Virus record (IMG/VR): IMGVR_UViG_3300046321_000098
Coordinates: 1-64,000 of that record
DNA: 64,000 bases
Reading direction: 5' to 3' (one strand)
From: a virus
The position numbers and the translations under genes were made by a program. Shown here in pieces: positions 28,571-38,544 of this stretch (position 1 is the stretch's first letter; each line of letters begins with the position of its first letter). The notes under the pieces were generated by a model, which saw only the letters and a program-made list of their open reading frames with translations, did no database searches and was not told the DNA's origin.

Positions 28571-29085
28571 TACTAAATCCATTAAACGGTGTCTATGGTA
28601 GCTTGATAAAGTTTGGGCTTGTTGTTACCCTTCTAGCAGGGCTTTACGGGGGTTACAAATATCAACTACATAGTGCGTACAAAGAGGGCGTAACAGTGAC
28701 CCAAACACAGCACGAAGCTGAACGCCTAGCTGCTAATGAGGTCTTGCACTTGAAGAAACTAGCAGCAGATAAAGACCTTCAACGAGAATTAGAAAAACAA
28801 AGGATTAAGTACAATGAACAACTCGCTACTATTAACGCTAATGCTAACAGTCTCATTAACAGCCTGTCAGACCGCGCCAGTCGTCCAGAACCAAGCAGTT
28901 CAAGTGCAGATACCGTTGCAACAGAAAGTTCCAGAGGCGCTTACCCAAGCCAGCTTTTTAGAGAAGATGCAGCAGCTTTTATCAATCTCGCACGAGACGC
29001 TGAGGAAGTGAGATTAGCCCTTTTGCAATGTTACAAAGATTATGACACTGTAAAACAAGCTGTCGAATCCTTTAATCAGAAATAA
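28567..29085 (+). CDS. Inner-membrane spanin (Rz-like)
   Basis: N-terminal TM, coiled coil, C-terminal Cys. Confidence 0.85.
   Translation: MILNPLNGVYGSLIKFGLVVTLLAGLYGGYKYQLHSAYKEGVTVTQTQHEAERLAANEVLHLKKLAADKDLQRELEKQRIKYNEQLATINANANSLINSLSDRASRPEPSSSSADTVATESSRGAYPSQLFREDAAAFINLARDAEEVRLALLQCYKDYDTVKQAVESFNQK
28814..29011 (+). CDS. Outer-membrane spanin lipoprotein (Rz1-like), nested in +1 frame
   Basis: Lipobox LTAC, embedded within i-spanin. Confidence 0.75.
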   Translation: MNNSLLLTLMLTVSLTACQTAPVVQNQAVQVQIPLQQKVPEALTQASFLEKMQQLLSISHETLRK

Positions 29086-29167
29086 GCCCCACACCCCATC
29101 GGCTCACACCTTTGGGGTATTTTTACGCCTGTAGTTTTTACACAACAAAGTATTTTTGCCATAGTGC

Positions 29168-29196
29168 TTGCAAACCTAAATCTTGTGTGCTATACT
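29168..29196 (+). promoter_or_regulatory. Sigma70-like promoter
   Basis: TTGCAA-17nt-TATACT with extended TG. Confidence 0.75.
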
Positions 29197-29225
29197 TCGT
29201 TATCTAAACAACATACAGGAGTAAA

Positions 29226-29621
29226 ATGATGAATTGGGACGACCGTAGAGATTTTAATGTGCTGTTAGGGCAAACACTTACAAGCGTAGAAATCAACGAT
29301 TTACGTGACGAGATTACATTCACAACAGATGAAGGTGTTGTCTATAAGATGCTGCACGATCAAGATTGTTGTGAGTCTGTCGATATTGAAGACATTTGTG
29401 GAGACTTAGAGGACTTAATTGGAACGCCTATTTTGGTTGTAGAAGAATCCTCTAGTAAAGAGTATCAGGCTCATCAGGTTAAATCAGGGGAGGAGTCCTT
29501 TACTTGGACTTTCTATAAACTTGCTACAATTAAAGGGTGGGTTGATATTCGTTGGTTTGGTTCAAGCAATGGGTACTATTCCGAAGGTGTGGACTTATAC
29601 GAGGTGACAAACGATGAGTGA
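29226..29621 (+). CDS. Conserved phage protein (HxQDCCExV...SNGYYS family)
   Basis: Recognisable motifs; strong AGGAG RBS. Confidence 0.75.
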   Translation: MMNWDDRRDFNVLLGQTLTSVEINDLRDEITFTTDEGVVYKMLHDQDCCESVDIEDICGDLEDLIGTPILVVEESSSKEYQAHQVKSGEESFTWTFYKLATIKGWVDIRWFGSSNGYYSEGVDLYEVTNDE

Positions 29622-29902
29622 TTGCGAGAAATTCTATGCAGCAATCGTAGCCAAGTTAGGCGGTACAAGAAATTGGGAGCAATTGTCCCCAATGGAGCAG
29701 CATAACTTCGTGCAGGCTTTGAACATCATTTTACAGGTCTGTAGCCAATGATAGATTTTAAGAACTTAACCCACGAAGAACTAGTCAAAGTAGTGGAGGC
29801 ATTAGCTGGTGAGCTTGGTGTTTACTTTGATAAACATACTCTTATCAATGGAGAGTATGTTATAACCCTTCACCGTTACACAGACTCAGATTAAGGCTAC
29901 AA

Positions 29903-30417
29903 ATGACAAAAGTAAAAACAGGCTTCACACACGAATCACAAGCAGCTAAGAGTGTTGAGTGGTACACACCTCCAAGTATATTTCAAGGGTTAAGCACACA
30001 ATTTTCAATGGACACATGCGCTCCAGAGGGGGGTCTACCTTGGATTCCAGCCTTGCACTCACTATCTGTCAAGGATAATGGTTTAACTGCGCCTTGGTAC
30101 GGTTTTGTGTGGTGTAATCCGCCATACGGAAAAGAGACACCTTTGTGGTTGAAAAAGATGCTGGAGCACAACAACGGTATTGCTTTAGTATTTAGCAGGA
30201 CTGATTGCAAATGGTTTTACGATTATGTGGTAAAAGCAGGTGCTGTGTTATTCCTAAAGGACGAGTAAAGTTCGTAGATGGTAACGGTGACTCTGGAAAC
30301 AGTGGAGCAGGTAACGGGAGTATGTTAGTTGCTTACGGCGAAGAGGCTAAGGAAGTTTTAGAAAGGTGCAGCCTTCGGGGTGCTTTATATTATCCAACTA
30401 AGGAGAATCAAATATGA
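29903..30417 (+). pseudogene. Phage Dam-type N6-adenine methyltransferase, frameshifted
   Basis: EWYTPP, WCNPPYG; LFLK|GRVKF continues in -1 frame at 30256-30260. Confidence 0.8.
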
Positions 30418-30707
30418 CAAACAAACCTGACCACAACCTCCCACAACAGATTAGTCTTCGCTATGCTATTCCAAACAGGTATCTTGATCGTTCCCTTAGT
30501 TTTAGTAAGGCTGAGGCAGTCAGAAAGTTGGAGTTTCAATTGGCACATTGTCTGACAGGGGATATGTTTTCTGAGCGACAAAGTTTTGACCAAACAACAG
30601 TTTTTGAATTGAATGGTTACTTTGTAACACCTCAAGCACTTGAAAAACTTGTGCAAGATAGGGTACATAAGGTACAATGTGGCTACCCTATTGTGGCTTT
30701 TTATTAA
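30414..30707 (+). CDS. Hypothetical protein
   Basis: AAGGAG RBS, ATGA coupling. Confidence 0.65.
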   Translation: MTNKPDHNLPQQISLRYAIPNRYLDRSLSFSKAEAVRKLEFQLAHCLTGDMFSERQSFDQTTVFELNGYFVTPQALEKLVQDRVHKVQCGYPIVAFY

Positions 30708-30717
30708 GGAGAGAAAA

Positions 30718-30912
30718 ATGAAGAAATATCTTATAGCAGCAGTAATTATGTTTTCATTAATAGGTTGCTTCCATCAAACAATAAACTCAAACGACATCCA
30801 CCGAGCACAGACTTTTTATTTAGAGAAAGGTCTACAGGTTGTGCAAATCAAGGCAGTTTTCGGAGGTACAGAGACTGTGACCTGTTCGGACGACAAGGAG
30901 AGTCAAATATGA
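30718..30912 (+). CDS. Small lipoprotein
   Basis: MKK-hydrophobic-LIGC lipobox; AAGGAG RBS. Confidence 0.6.
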   Translation: MKKYLIAAVIMFSLIGCFHQTINSNDIHRAQTFYLEKGLQVVQIKAVFGGTETVTCSDDKESQI

Positions 30913-31280
30913 TAGTCTTAATTAAACACCTCATCCCCTTTGTTGAGAGGAGACTTTGTGCCTTACTTCGTCAAATAGAAGAGGACGTAGTGGAAAATTT
31001 AAAACTTGAAAAAGAGTTTAATGATAAGTTCTTTAATAAGCTACTTAACAATAAGTACCAGTCAAATAAGTATCCCTGGAGTAAATCGCCATCACAGGAT
31101 TTTAAGGATACACTGACTTTTCTGAGAGGAATGGTTTACCACTCAAATAATAATATTAAGGATACAGTAAACCTTGGTGAGTTTTGTTCAAGGTACAGTT
31201 CTATGTACTCATCAATTGAAGCTGCTATCCTGACACAACACGCAGGGGATTACTCGATAAAGGAGAAGACGAATGATTAA
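30909..31280 (+). CDS. Hypothetical protein
   Basis: AAGGAG RBS, operon packing. Confidence 0.6.
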   Translation: MIVLIKHLIPFVERRLCALLRQIEEDVVENLKLEKEFNDKFFNKLLNNKYQSNKYPWSKSPSQDFKDTLTFLRGMVYHSNNNIKDTVNLGEFCSRYSSMYSSIEAAILTQHAGDYSIKEKTND

Positions 31281-31539
31281 GATTACCCCCCTCACAAAAG
31301 AACGAATCAAGAAGTTCAACGTATTTGGTGCTGATGTGTCAATTGGTTTTGCTAAGTACGTCCTTGAGAAAGCAACGCTACGAGCTTGTTATACAATAGG
31401 TGTAGGATGGCACTCGCAACCTATTAACTACCTCTACGACCACGAAGAACTTGATGGTATAATCACGCATAGATTTATTTTGTGGCGTGTAAAGATTGAG
31501 GTTAAGACTGCGATAGAATATACTTATTCGTTTACTTAA
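31273..31539 (+). CDS. Hypothetical protein
   Basis: AAGGAG RBS. Confidence 0.6.
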   Translation: MIKITPLTKERIKKFNVFGADVSIGFAKYVLEKATLRACYTIGVGWHSQPINYLYDHEELDGIITHRFILWRVKIEVKTAIEYTYSFT

Positions 31540-31548
31540 AGGAGAGAT

Positions 31549-31947
31549 ATGGAAGAAGTTCTTTATAAAAAAGTAGGCAAGAAGTACATCCCTGTTCGGC
31601 AAACATTCGGCGCTTATGCTTTACCGACAATGAAGTTAGGGTCTTTTGTTTTGACTTACGCTTATACCGATGGTGGGCAATCTTACACTTATGAAGTCAC
31701 TCCAGATACTGCTTCATTTATTGCAGCATCAAAGGTGGCACAAAAAGCAATGGAAGAAGTCATTCAAGAGAAGTGTAGATATGTACCTGAGCGCGTTAAG
31801 TTCACAAAGAAGCAGCAAGCTATTATGGAGGACTTTCAAAATCAGATGTTCAAGGCTGGTGGTAACATGCCTACATGGTGGACAAGTGCTTCAGGATACG
31901 AGATAGCTCAAGCAGGTATTGATGCTGTGCGGAATTATAAACCATAA
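31549..31947 (+). CDS. Hypothetical protein
   Basis: AAGGAG RBS; LYKKVGKKYIPV N-terminus. Confidence 0.7.
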   Translation: MEEVLYKKVGKKYIPVRQTFGAYALPTMKLGSFVLTYAYTDGGQSYTYEVTPDTASFIAASKVAQKAMEEVIQEKCRYVPERVKFTKKQQAIMEDFQNQMFKAGGNMPTWWTSASGYEIAQAGIDAVRNYKP

Positions 31948-31954
31948 GGAAATT

Positions 31955-33613
31955 ATGACATACAATACAAAGGGTAAAATGAAAAAAGAAGATAATTATG
32001 TAGCAAAAGAAAAGGTAACAGAAGTTGAGAAATTTCCAATCCTTGAGTGCAAAGAACGGGGGATTCGTCAAGAGACTTTAGACATCTTTGGAGTACGGGC
32101 AGGTCTTTCTCAGGTTGATGGAAAAACTGTAGAGGCTTACTATTTCCCTTCCTTCAATAAGAAGGGGAAAATTGTTGGTTACATGAAACAGGACTTGACT
32201 AAATCCAAAGATGAAAAAGGTCACTGGTCTGCTGTTGGGTCAGTCTCTCTAAATAACAAATTGTTTGGGCAAGATGTTGCTGAAACCGTAGGACGAAAGC
32301 GGAATAATCTGGTTGTTACTGAGGGACAGTGGGATACTCTTTCTGTTTATCAATCAATGGTTGACAGTGTAAAAGGTACACCCTATAGCGGTATTGAACC
32401 TTTTGTTTGCAGTATTCCCCTTGGTACAGGTAATGCTGTAGAGGCACTGCTACACAACGAGGATTTTGCTAAATCTTTTACAGGATTGACTATCTTTTTT
32501 GATGATGATTATTGCACACCTGCTGAGGCTAAAAAGGGTATTTTAAAAGGGCATGAGGCGCGTGAAGCTGTAGCCAATGCCTTCGTAGGGTCTAAGCTTT
32601 CTTTGTTCACTGTGTACCCATCTAAGGGATACAAAGATGCTTCTGACTACATGCAGAATGAGGACTCAAAACTTCTAGCTAAGGATGTATCTTTTAACAA
32701 GAAATCCTTTAGTGCCGAAAAGATTGTGAAAGCTTCAGACATATCCGTTGATGAATTGATTGCACCACGTCCAGAAGGTGTGTATGTAGATAGTTTCCCT
32801 CTCTTGATGGAGAAGATACACGGCTTCCGTAAACGAGAGTTGGTACTATTGACAAGTCCCAGTGGTGTCGGTAAATCAACGGTTACATCTTTCTTTGCAA
32901 ATGCTTTTGTGGAGAAGGGTGAAAAAGTTGGAATGATTTACCTTGAAGAAACAAAGGTTGAAACACTTCAACGTGTTATTGCAAGTAAACTAAAAGTGAA
33001 CTACTTGAAGTTTAAAAACAACCCCTTGAGCCTAGCCACACGAGAACAAATTGAACAAGCAAAACGTGAAGTTGACGAAGGTGATAAACTTGTTATGCTT
33101 GACCACTTTGGGTCTTTACCTATCAGTCAGTTGATGCAAAAAATTAAACACATGCATTTTGTAGAAGGATGTAATTATATTTTACTTGACCATCTTTCTG
33201 TGGTAATATCAGGTTCTGATATTGCAAACGAACGTAAGGAACTGGATATTGTTATGACCGAGCTTGCCGCATTCTGTGCAGCTAATGATGTTTGCATTAT
33301 TGCAGTATCGCACATTAACCGTGATTCGATTTCAGACCAATTGAAACCTAAGAAGGGTGAAGAAGATAAGCCTTTTTGGATTCGGGTGGGAAAAGAAAGT
33401 ATGAGGGGAAGTGCCTCTTTAGAGCAACTGAGCTTTATTGTGTTAGCATTAGAGCCTGAGATTATGCCTAACCGTAAACGAGGAAGAGTGCGCTTAGTTG
33501 TACTGAAGAACCGTCCTTGGGGTTTCTTGGGGCAGTGTGACACATTCTCAGTTGACGATAACACATGGGAAGTTGTTCTTTCAGATTTGGAAGAGGAACA
33601 GAAAGGGTTTTAA
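31955..33613 (+). CDS. Primase-helicase (T7 gp4-like)
   Basis: TOPRIM VTEGQWD, FFDDD, KDASD; Walker A SPSGVGKST; LDHLS, VSHINR, RGSASLEQ, LKNR. Confidence 0.95.
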   Translation: MTYNTKGKMKKEDNYVAKEKVTEVEKFPILECKERGIRQETLDIFGVRAGLSQVDGKTVEAYYFPSFNKKGKIVGYMKQDLTKSKDEKGHWSAVGSVSLNNKLFGQDVAETVGRKRNNLVVTEGQWDTLSVYQSMVDSVKGTPYSGIEPFVCSIPLGTGNAVEALLHNEDFAKSFTGLTIFFDDDYCTPAEAKKGILKGHEAREAVANAFVGSKLSLFTVYPSKGYKDASDYMQNEDSKLLAKDVSFNKKSFSAEKIVKASDISVDELIAPRPEGVYVDSFPLLMEKIHGFRKRELVLLTSPSGVGKSTVTSFFANAFVEKGEKVGMIYLEETKVETLQRVIASKLKVNYLKFKNNPLSLATREQIEQAKREVDEGDKLVMLDHFGSLPISQLMQKIKHMHFVEGCNYILLDHLSVVISGSDIANERKELDIVMTELAAFCAANDVCIIAVSHINRDSISDQLKPKKGEEDKPFWIRVGKESMRGSASLEQLSFIVLALEPEIMPNRKRGRVRLVVLKNRPWGFLGQCDTFSVDDNTWEVVLSDLEEEQKGF

Positions 33614-34128
33614 TGGGTAAAGTTTTAACACAAGAGTACTTGAAAGAGATATTAGAGTATAATCCTGAGAGTGGATTGTTTATTTGGAAGGTGCGAAAGT
33701 CTCGCCGATCTGCCATCGGCTCTGGTGCAGGAACTAGAAGTAAGAAGGGGTACTTCAGTATTTCTATTGATTCAAAAGTTTACCGCAGTCATCGTTTAGC
33801 TTGGTTATACGTTTATGGAAAGTTCCCTGAGAACGGGATTGACCATATCAACGGAAATCCATCTGATAATTCGATACATAACTTACGGATTGCAAGTCAG
33901 CAGAGCAATAATAAGAACGTAACAACAAGGTGCAACAATAGTTCTGGTTATAAGGGTGTGAGTTTTGATAAGAACACAGGTAAATGGAAAGCTCAGGCGC
34001 AAGTGAATGGTAAGAAAAAACATCTAGGGTTGTTTACAACTCCAGAAGAGGCTTCAGTGGTGTATAACGAGTATACAAAGGAGCACTTTAAAGAGTTCTA
34101 TAGGAATACTATAAATAAAGGAAAATAA
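33613..34128 (+). CDS. HNH-AP2 homing endonuclease
   Basis: HRLAW...IDHINGNPSDNSIHNLR; TAATG overlaps on both sides. Confidence 0.92.
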   Translation: MGKVLTQEYLKEILEYNPESGLFIWKVRKSRRSAIGSGAGTRSKKGYFSISIDSKVYRSHRLAWLYVYGKFPENGIDHINGNPSDNSIHNLRIASQQSNNKNVTTRCNNSSGYKGVSFDKNTGKWKAQAQVNGKKKHLGLFTTPEEASVVYNEYTKEHFKEFYRNTINKGK

Positions 34129-37100
34129 TGATTTTAAACGGATGGTGCTTTGACTGTGAAGCAGATAATTTATACCTTCAAGCTAAGAAAATTTGGTACA
34201 TCCGTCTTAAATCCTTAGACGGAACCCGTAGCCTAGCACTGCACCCTTTCAGGTCTTCCAAGGATGAAATCTACAATCAATTTATGGAATGGGTGGACTC
34301 TTTTGAAGACGGTGCTCACGTTGTATTCTTTAACGGACTTGGTTATGACTTATGGCTTATTTGGAAACTGCTAGATATTCAACCTCGTGTTGGGAAGCAA
34401 GGTAAGGACTGGATTGAGGACAAGCACGTCCAATTCATCGACGGTTATGTGCTGAGCATGTACCTCAACCCAAACAACCCTAGGCACTCCCTAGGTGCCC
34501 TATCAGGTTCTGAAAGTGATGATGGTAAGATTGATTACCGTAACAGTCTAATCAAGGCTGGTGCGATGACGGGCTTAGAGCCAAAAGGTCACGAGTTCTC
34601 GTTCTACCACCCTCTCACAGAGCCGTACTGTGACCGAGACGTTGATGCTACCATTCGTGTTGTAAAAGACTTATGGAAGCAGGCTCAAGGTATGTACGGT
34701 GAATCATGGCTTCATCCTAGCTTTCGACAGATGCAAAAAGATTACTGGCTGTACAGCGCACAAGCCTACACTGGTGTCAAATTTGATATAAACAAGGCTA
34801 AGGAATTAGTCATCCATATCGAACAAGAAATGAAGGTACTTAAAGACTACGTAGACCCGTTACTACCATCCAGACCACTGAAGACTGCTGAGTTGAGTTA
34901 CTACAAGCAACCAGCGAAGCCTTTCTCCAAGTCAGGTGAAATATCGTCAAGCATGGAGAAGTTCTTAGTTAAGCACAACGCAACATTAGTTGACCGAATC
35001 ATTACAGCTTATGGCGAGTCCGTGCCTGTTGAGTCCAACGCAGTTTTACCTGTTAAGCTTCCGATGGAAATTGACGACAACGTAGAATTGAAGCAATACT
35101 TCCTAGATAACGGGTGGATACCTAGTGATGATTACTGGAATCATAAAAAAGGTACTGACGGTAAACCAGAGCGAGATGCGAACAATAAGTTTACTAGAAC
35201 TACTCCTAAAATCAATCACGCTGGAAAAATTTGCCCTAATTTACTAAAGCTTGATGGGGACGTGCCGAAGAAAGTTGTTAAGTTTCTAAGCTACCGAAAC
35301 CGATTAGGTGTTGTCACTGGTTGGTTGAACAACTGGAGACTTGAGTTTGATGGTAGACTCAGTGCTGAGATTTCAGGCTATGCTCCAACCTCAAGGGTTA
35401 AGCATAAGTTAGTTGTCAATGTACCAAAGGCTGCAGATGATGTGTTGCTTGGTCACGAGATGAGGGAGTTATTCTGTGTAGATAAGGGTAACTGGTACAT
35501 TGGAACAGACGCTTCTGCTCTTGAAAATCGTACCCTTGCTGGGTACACCTACAAGTACGACAACGGGGAGTTTGCAAGAGTTCAATTAGAGGGTGACCCA
35601 CATTGCTACTCAGAAGATACTGAGATTTTAACACCTAATGGTTGGTCTACTTTTGGTAATCTAACTAAAGGGGAGAAGGTTGCACAGTGGGATAACGGTG
35701 AGATTTCATTTGTTAAGCCAAGCCGTGTTATCTGGCAAGATTACGAAGGAGAAATGGTAAGTCTATCAGGTATGGCTGTTGATTTCCTTGTCACACCTAA
35801 TCATAGAGTACTTGTAACAAACGTAAAAAGCGGGAAAAGCAAGGTAAAACTAGCACATACACTGCACAATCGAAACTCTAATTGGAGATTGCCCACTCAC
35901 GGATTAACAACCTCTAAGGGTCTAGAACTGTCGAACGATGAAATCAGATTTATTGTTGCTCTACAAGCTGACGGTAGTATGAGTAAAACTGCTTTCAGGT
36001 TCGAGTTTGTAAAAGATAGGAAAATAGTTAGGATGCGGAATATTCTGTGCAACTTAGGTATACCTTATACAGAGTCCACTGGTAAAAGTAATACAACTAC
36101 TCGCTTTTACGTGAAGCATGTTGACGCAGGTTTTGTGTTCAAGGGTATAACTATTAATAAAGTATTCTCTAACTTGTTGCTAGGAATGTCTCTAATGCAG
36201 TGTGAGACCTTCATCGAGGAGATTAGGCACTGGGACGGTACTACACTGAGAAGTGGTGACACCGTTTTAGATACGACCTGCGAGGAGAGCTGTGACATGG
36301 TTGCAACTATTGCAGCCCTAGTGGGTAGAAAATCGCGCAGGTCTGTGTTTGACAAACGAGGTGGTTTTGGTGACTGTACAATTCATAGGTGTTATATCTC
36401 TAAGGACAGTTCTTCGATAGGTGCTGCTGTACTTGGAACAAGTATAAAAGCAGTTGAGTATAAGGGTAAGATTGGTTGTGTCAGTGTTCCAAGTACATTC
36501 GTGGTTGTGAGGAGGAATGGTAAAATTCTAATCTCTGGTAATACTTTCAATGCTTTTGCCTTCTTCCCTCACTTGTTGAAGAAGTTTGATACTGATAACC
36601 AAGAGAATAAAGAGAACCCTGAGTTCAAACCTTGGCGAAACAAGGCTAAGACTGGTGCATACCTACTAGCCTTTGGTGGTGGCGCACCTAAGCTTGCCTC
36701 AAGCCTCGGATTATCTAAATCCGATGGTCAAGCTGCTTTTAATAACTACTGGGAGAAGAATAAAGGTCTTGGGTTACTGAAGAAAGCAGTAGAGGGTTAC
36801 TACGACACTACAGGGAATAAGAAATACATTCCTGCAATTGATGGTAGGATTGTTTCGGTACGAGGTAAAAATGTTTTACTATCCTGCCTTGGGCAAGGAT
36901 GTGGAGCAATTGCTATGTCCTATGCAGGTTGCTTAATGGATAATTGGCTAGGAGACTTCTACCTCGACGAATTAGGCAGACCTTACTACGATGTTGATGG
37001 ATACAAGATAAGACGTATATCCTTCTTCCACGACGAATATTCTTGGGAAGTTGAAGACGGCGCACAAGACAGGATTAGGGAGTTAAGTGTAAAAGGTATT

Positions 37101-37190
37101 GTTAAGGCTGGCGAAGTCCTAAAATTAGTATTACCATTAGCAGCAGAGGGTAAAATGGCTTTTGAAGGTACTTGGCAAAATGTGCATTAA
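34128..37190 (+). CDS. polA: Family A DNA polymerase with intein
   Basis: Exo FDCEAD, motif A DASALENR, motif B RNKAKTGAY, motif C FHDEY. Confidence 0.95.
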   Translation: MILNGWCFDCEADNLYLQAKKIWYIRLKSLDGTRSLALHPFRSSKDEIYNQFMEWVDSFEDGAHVVFFNGLGYDLWLIWKLLDIQPRVGKQGKDWIEDKHVQFIDGYVLSMYLNPNNPRHSLGALSGSESDDGKIDYRNSLIKAGAMTGLEPKGHEFSFYHPLTEPYCDRDVDATIRVVKDLWKQAQGMYGESWLHPSFRQMQKDYWLYSAQAYTGVKFDINKAKELVIHIEQEMKVLKDYVDPLLPSRPLKTAELSYYKQPAKPFSKSGEISSSMEKFLVKHNATLVDRIITAYGESVPVESNAVLPVKLPMEIDDNVELKQYFLDNGWIPSDDYWNHKKGTDGKPERDANNKFTRTTPKINHAGKICPNLLKLDGDVPKKVVKFLSYRNRLGVVTGWLNNWRLEFDGRLSAEISGYAPTSRVKHKLVVNVPKAADDVLLGHEMRELFCVDKGNWYIGTDASALENRTLAGYTYKYDNGEFARVQLEGDPHCYSEDTEILTPNGWSTFGNLTKGEKVAQWDNGEISFVKPSRVIWQDYEGEMVSLSGMAVDFLVTPNHRVLVTNVKSGKSKVKLAHTLHNRNSNWRLPTHGLTTSKGLELSNDEIRFIVALQADGSMSKTAFRFEFVKDRKIVRMRNILCNLGIPYTESTGKSNTTTRFYVKHVDAGFVFKGITINKVFSNLLLGMSLMQCETFIEEIRHWDGTTLRSGDTVLDTTCEESCDMVATIAALVGRKSRRSVFDKRGGFGDCTIHRCYISKDSSSIGAAVLGTSIKAVEYKGKIGCVSVPSTFVVVRRNGKILISGNTFNAFAFFPHLLKKFDTDNQENKENPEFKPWRNKAKTGAYLLAFGGGAPKLASSLGLSKSDGQAAFNNYWEKNKGLGLLKKAVEGYYDTTGNKKYIPAIDGRIVSVRGKNVLLSCLGQGCGAIAMSYAGCLMDNWLGDFYLDELGRPYYDVDGYKIRRISFFHDEYSWEVEDGAQDRIRELSVKGIVKAGEVLKLVLPLAAEGKMAFEGTWQNVH
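35604..36542 (+). mobile_element. Intein (313 aa) with LAGLIDADG-type endonuclease
   Basis: H|CYSEDTEILTPNGW, VTPNHR block B, ALQADGS and RHWDGT, ends ISGN|T. Confidence 0.93.
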
Positions 37191-37267
37191 TCTCCACATG
37201 TTGCAAATAAACAACCACAAACACATAACTTTGCGCTATAATTAAGTTTTTAACAAAAGGAGTAAAT

Positions 37268-37450
37268 ATGTTCGGATTTTTAGAAGATGTAGTAAAAACA
37301 GTATCAGCGGTAGTAACTGTACCAGTCGGTATTGTTGCCGATGTCGTTACAATGGGTGGGCAGCTTAATGACAAGGATAAACCCTATACAGCCGAGGCAG
37401 TTGAGGATTTTATGAAGAATCTTAGCAATATTACTAAACCAAGAGGTTAG
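37268..37450 (+). CDS. Hypothetical protein
   Basis: TATAAT and AAGGAG upstream. Confidence 0.7.
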   Translation: MFGFLEDVVKTVSAVVTVPVGIVADVVTMGGQLNDKDKPYTAEAVEDFMKNLSNITKPRG

Positions 37451-37451
37451 G

Positions 37452-37781
37452 ATGCAGCACTACAATTGGAATAAACTAGACGAGATTGCTTGCAAAGCCT
37501 TGAACAAGTACGGTGTTCATATTGCTTACGGCTTAGATGACACACCAGAGGATGATAAAATTGCAGAATTTGTTTGTAAAGAAGTTCGACGCCTTTACGC
37601 AGATAGTGCAACTTATCACAATTTCATGTCAGCAATTGTGTGCGGAGGTTTGTTAACCTTCGACACAAAAGAAGAGGCTTGGGCTTTCTACAAAATCTTT
37701 GAGCAAGATCTCACAGATTCATCAAGTATTTATGCTTGTATTTATTCGCCAACAGAAGGTTGTATGACGGAGAATACTTGA
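37452..37781 (+). CDS. Hypothetical protein
   Basis: GAGG RBS, operon packing. Confidence 0.6.
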   Translation: MQHYNWNKLDEIACKALNKYGVHIAYGLDDTPEDDKIAEFVCKEVRRLYADSATYHNFMSAIVCGGLLTFDTKEEAWAFYKIFEQDLTDSSSIYACIYSPTEGCMTENT

Positions 37782-38059
37782 TGAAACCGATTCTGAATCT
37801 CTATGCCAACAAAAGGCAAGCAGTACAAGCTTTTGAAAAATGCATAGTCGAGGGGCAATACTATAAGGCTTCTTCTCCTTGTATGCGAATAGAGACATTT
37901 GATTCACTGGTGTACTTCATGTATTACACATCTTATGAAAATGCTAGACACAATGAACTTTGCCAAGTGTGGGGTGAAATCAACTTCTTTGTTGAATTAC
38001 CTGAGAATGTAAGGCTGCACTATTTATCGAGGATTCGACAGGTAAAGGAGAGTAATTAA
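37781..38059 (+). CDS. Hypothetical protein
   Basis: TGATG coupling. Confidence 0.55.
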   Translation: MKPILNLYANKRQAVQAFEKCIVEGQYYKASSPCMRIETFDSLVYFMYYTSYENARHNELCQVWGEINFFVELPENVRLHYLSRIRQVKESN

Positions 38060-38475
38060 TGTACGACTACTACACAAAAGACATTGAATCAGTGCATGAC
38101 TTAGATGACGATGGGATTTTTGTTTTTGGTTCTAACTTAGCAGGTAGGCATGGTAAAGGTGCAGCAAAGTTTGCGCGTGATTACTTAATGGCAGACATTG
38201 GAACAGGTTATGGTTTCACAGGCTTTTGTTTCGCCATACCCACAAAAGGTTATAACCTAGAGGTGTTGTCTCTTGAGGATATTGAGGAGTTTGTTAGACT
38301 TTTTAAAATATGTGCAAAAGAAGAACCTAACAACACATTTTATGTGACTAAAATTGGTTGTGGTCTTGCAGGTTACAAAGACCACGAGATTGCACTACTG
38401 TTTAAAGGGTCACCAAGCAATTGTAAGTTTCACATAGACTGGAAGATGTACCTACAAAATCCAGTCTTACGGTAG
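38059..38475 (+). CDS. Macro-like phage protein (IFVFGSN family)
   Basis: IFVFGSNLAGRHGKGAA...AIPTK...FYVTKIGCGLAG. Confidence 0.75.
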   Translation: MYDYYTKDIESVHDLDDDGIFVFGSNLAGRHGKGAAKFARDYLMADIGTGYGFTGFCFAIPTKGYNLEVLSLEDIEEFVRLFKICAKEEPNNTFYVTKIGCGLAGYKDHEIALLFKGSPSNCKFHIDWKMYLQNPVLR

Positions 38476-38544
38476 AGTTCACGATCTTTAAAATCGTCCA
38501 CGGCATATTGCCACAATTTAAATAAACGAAAAAGGAGTTAATAA

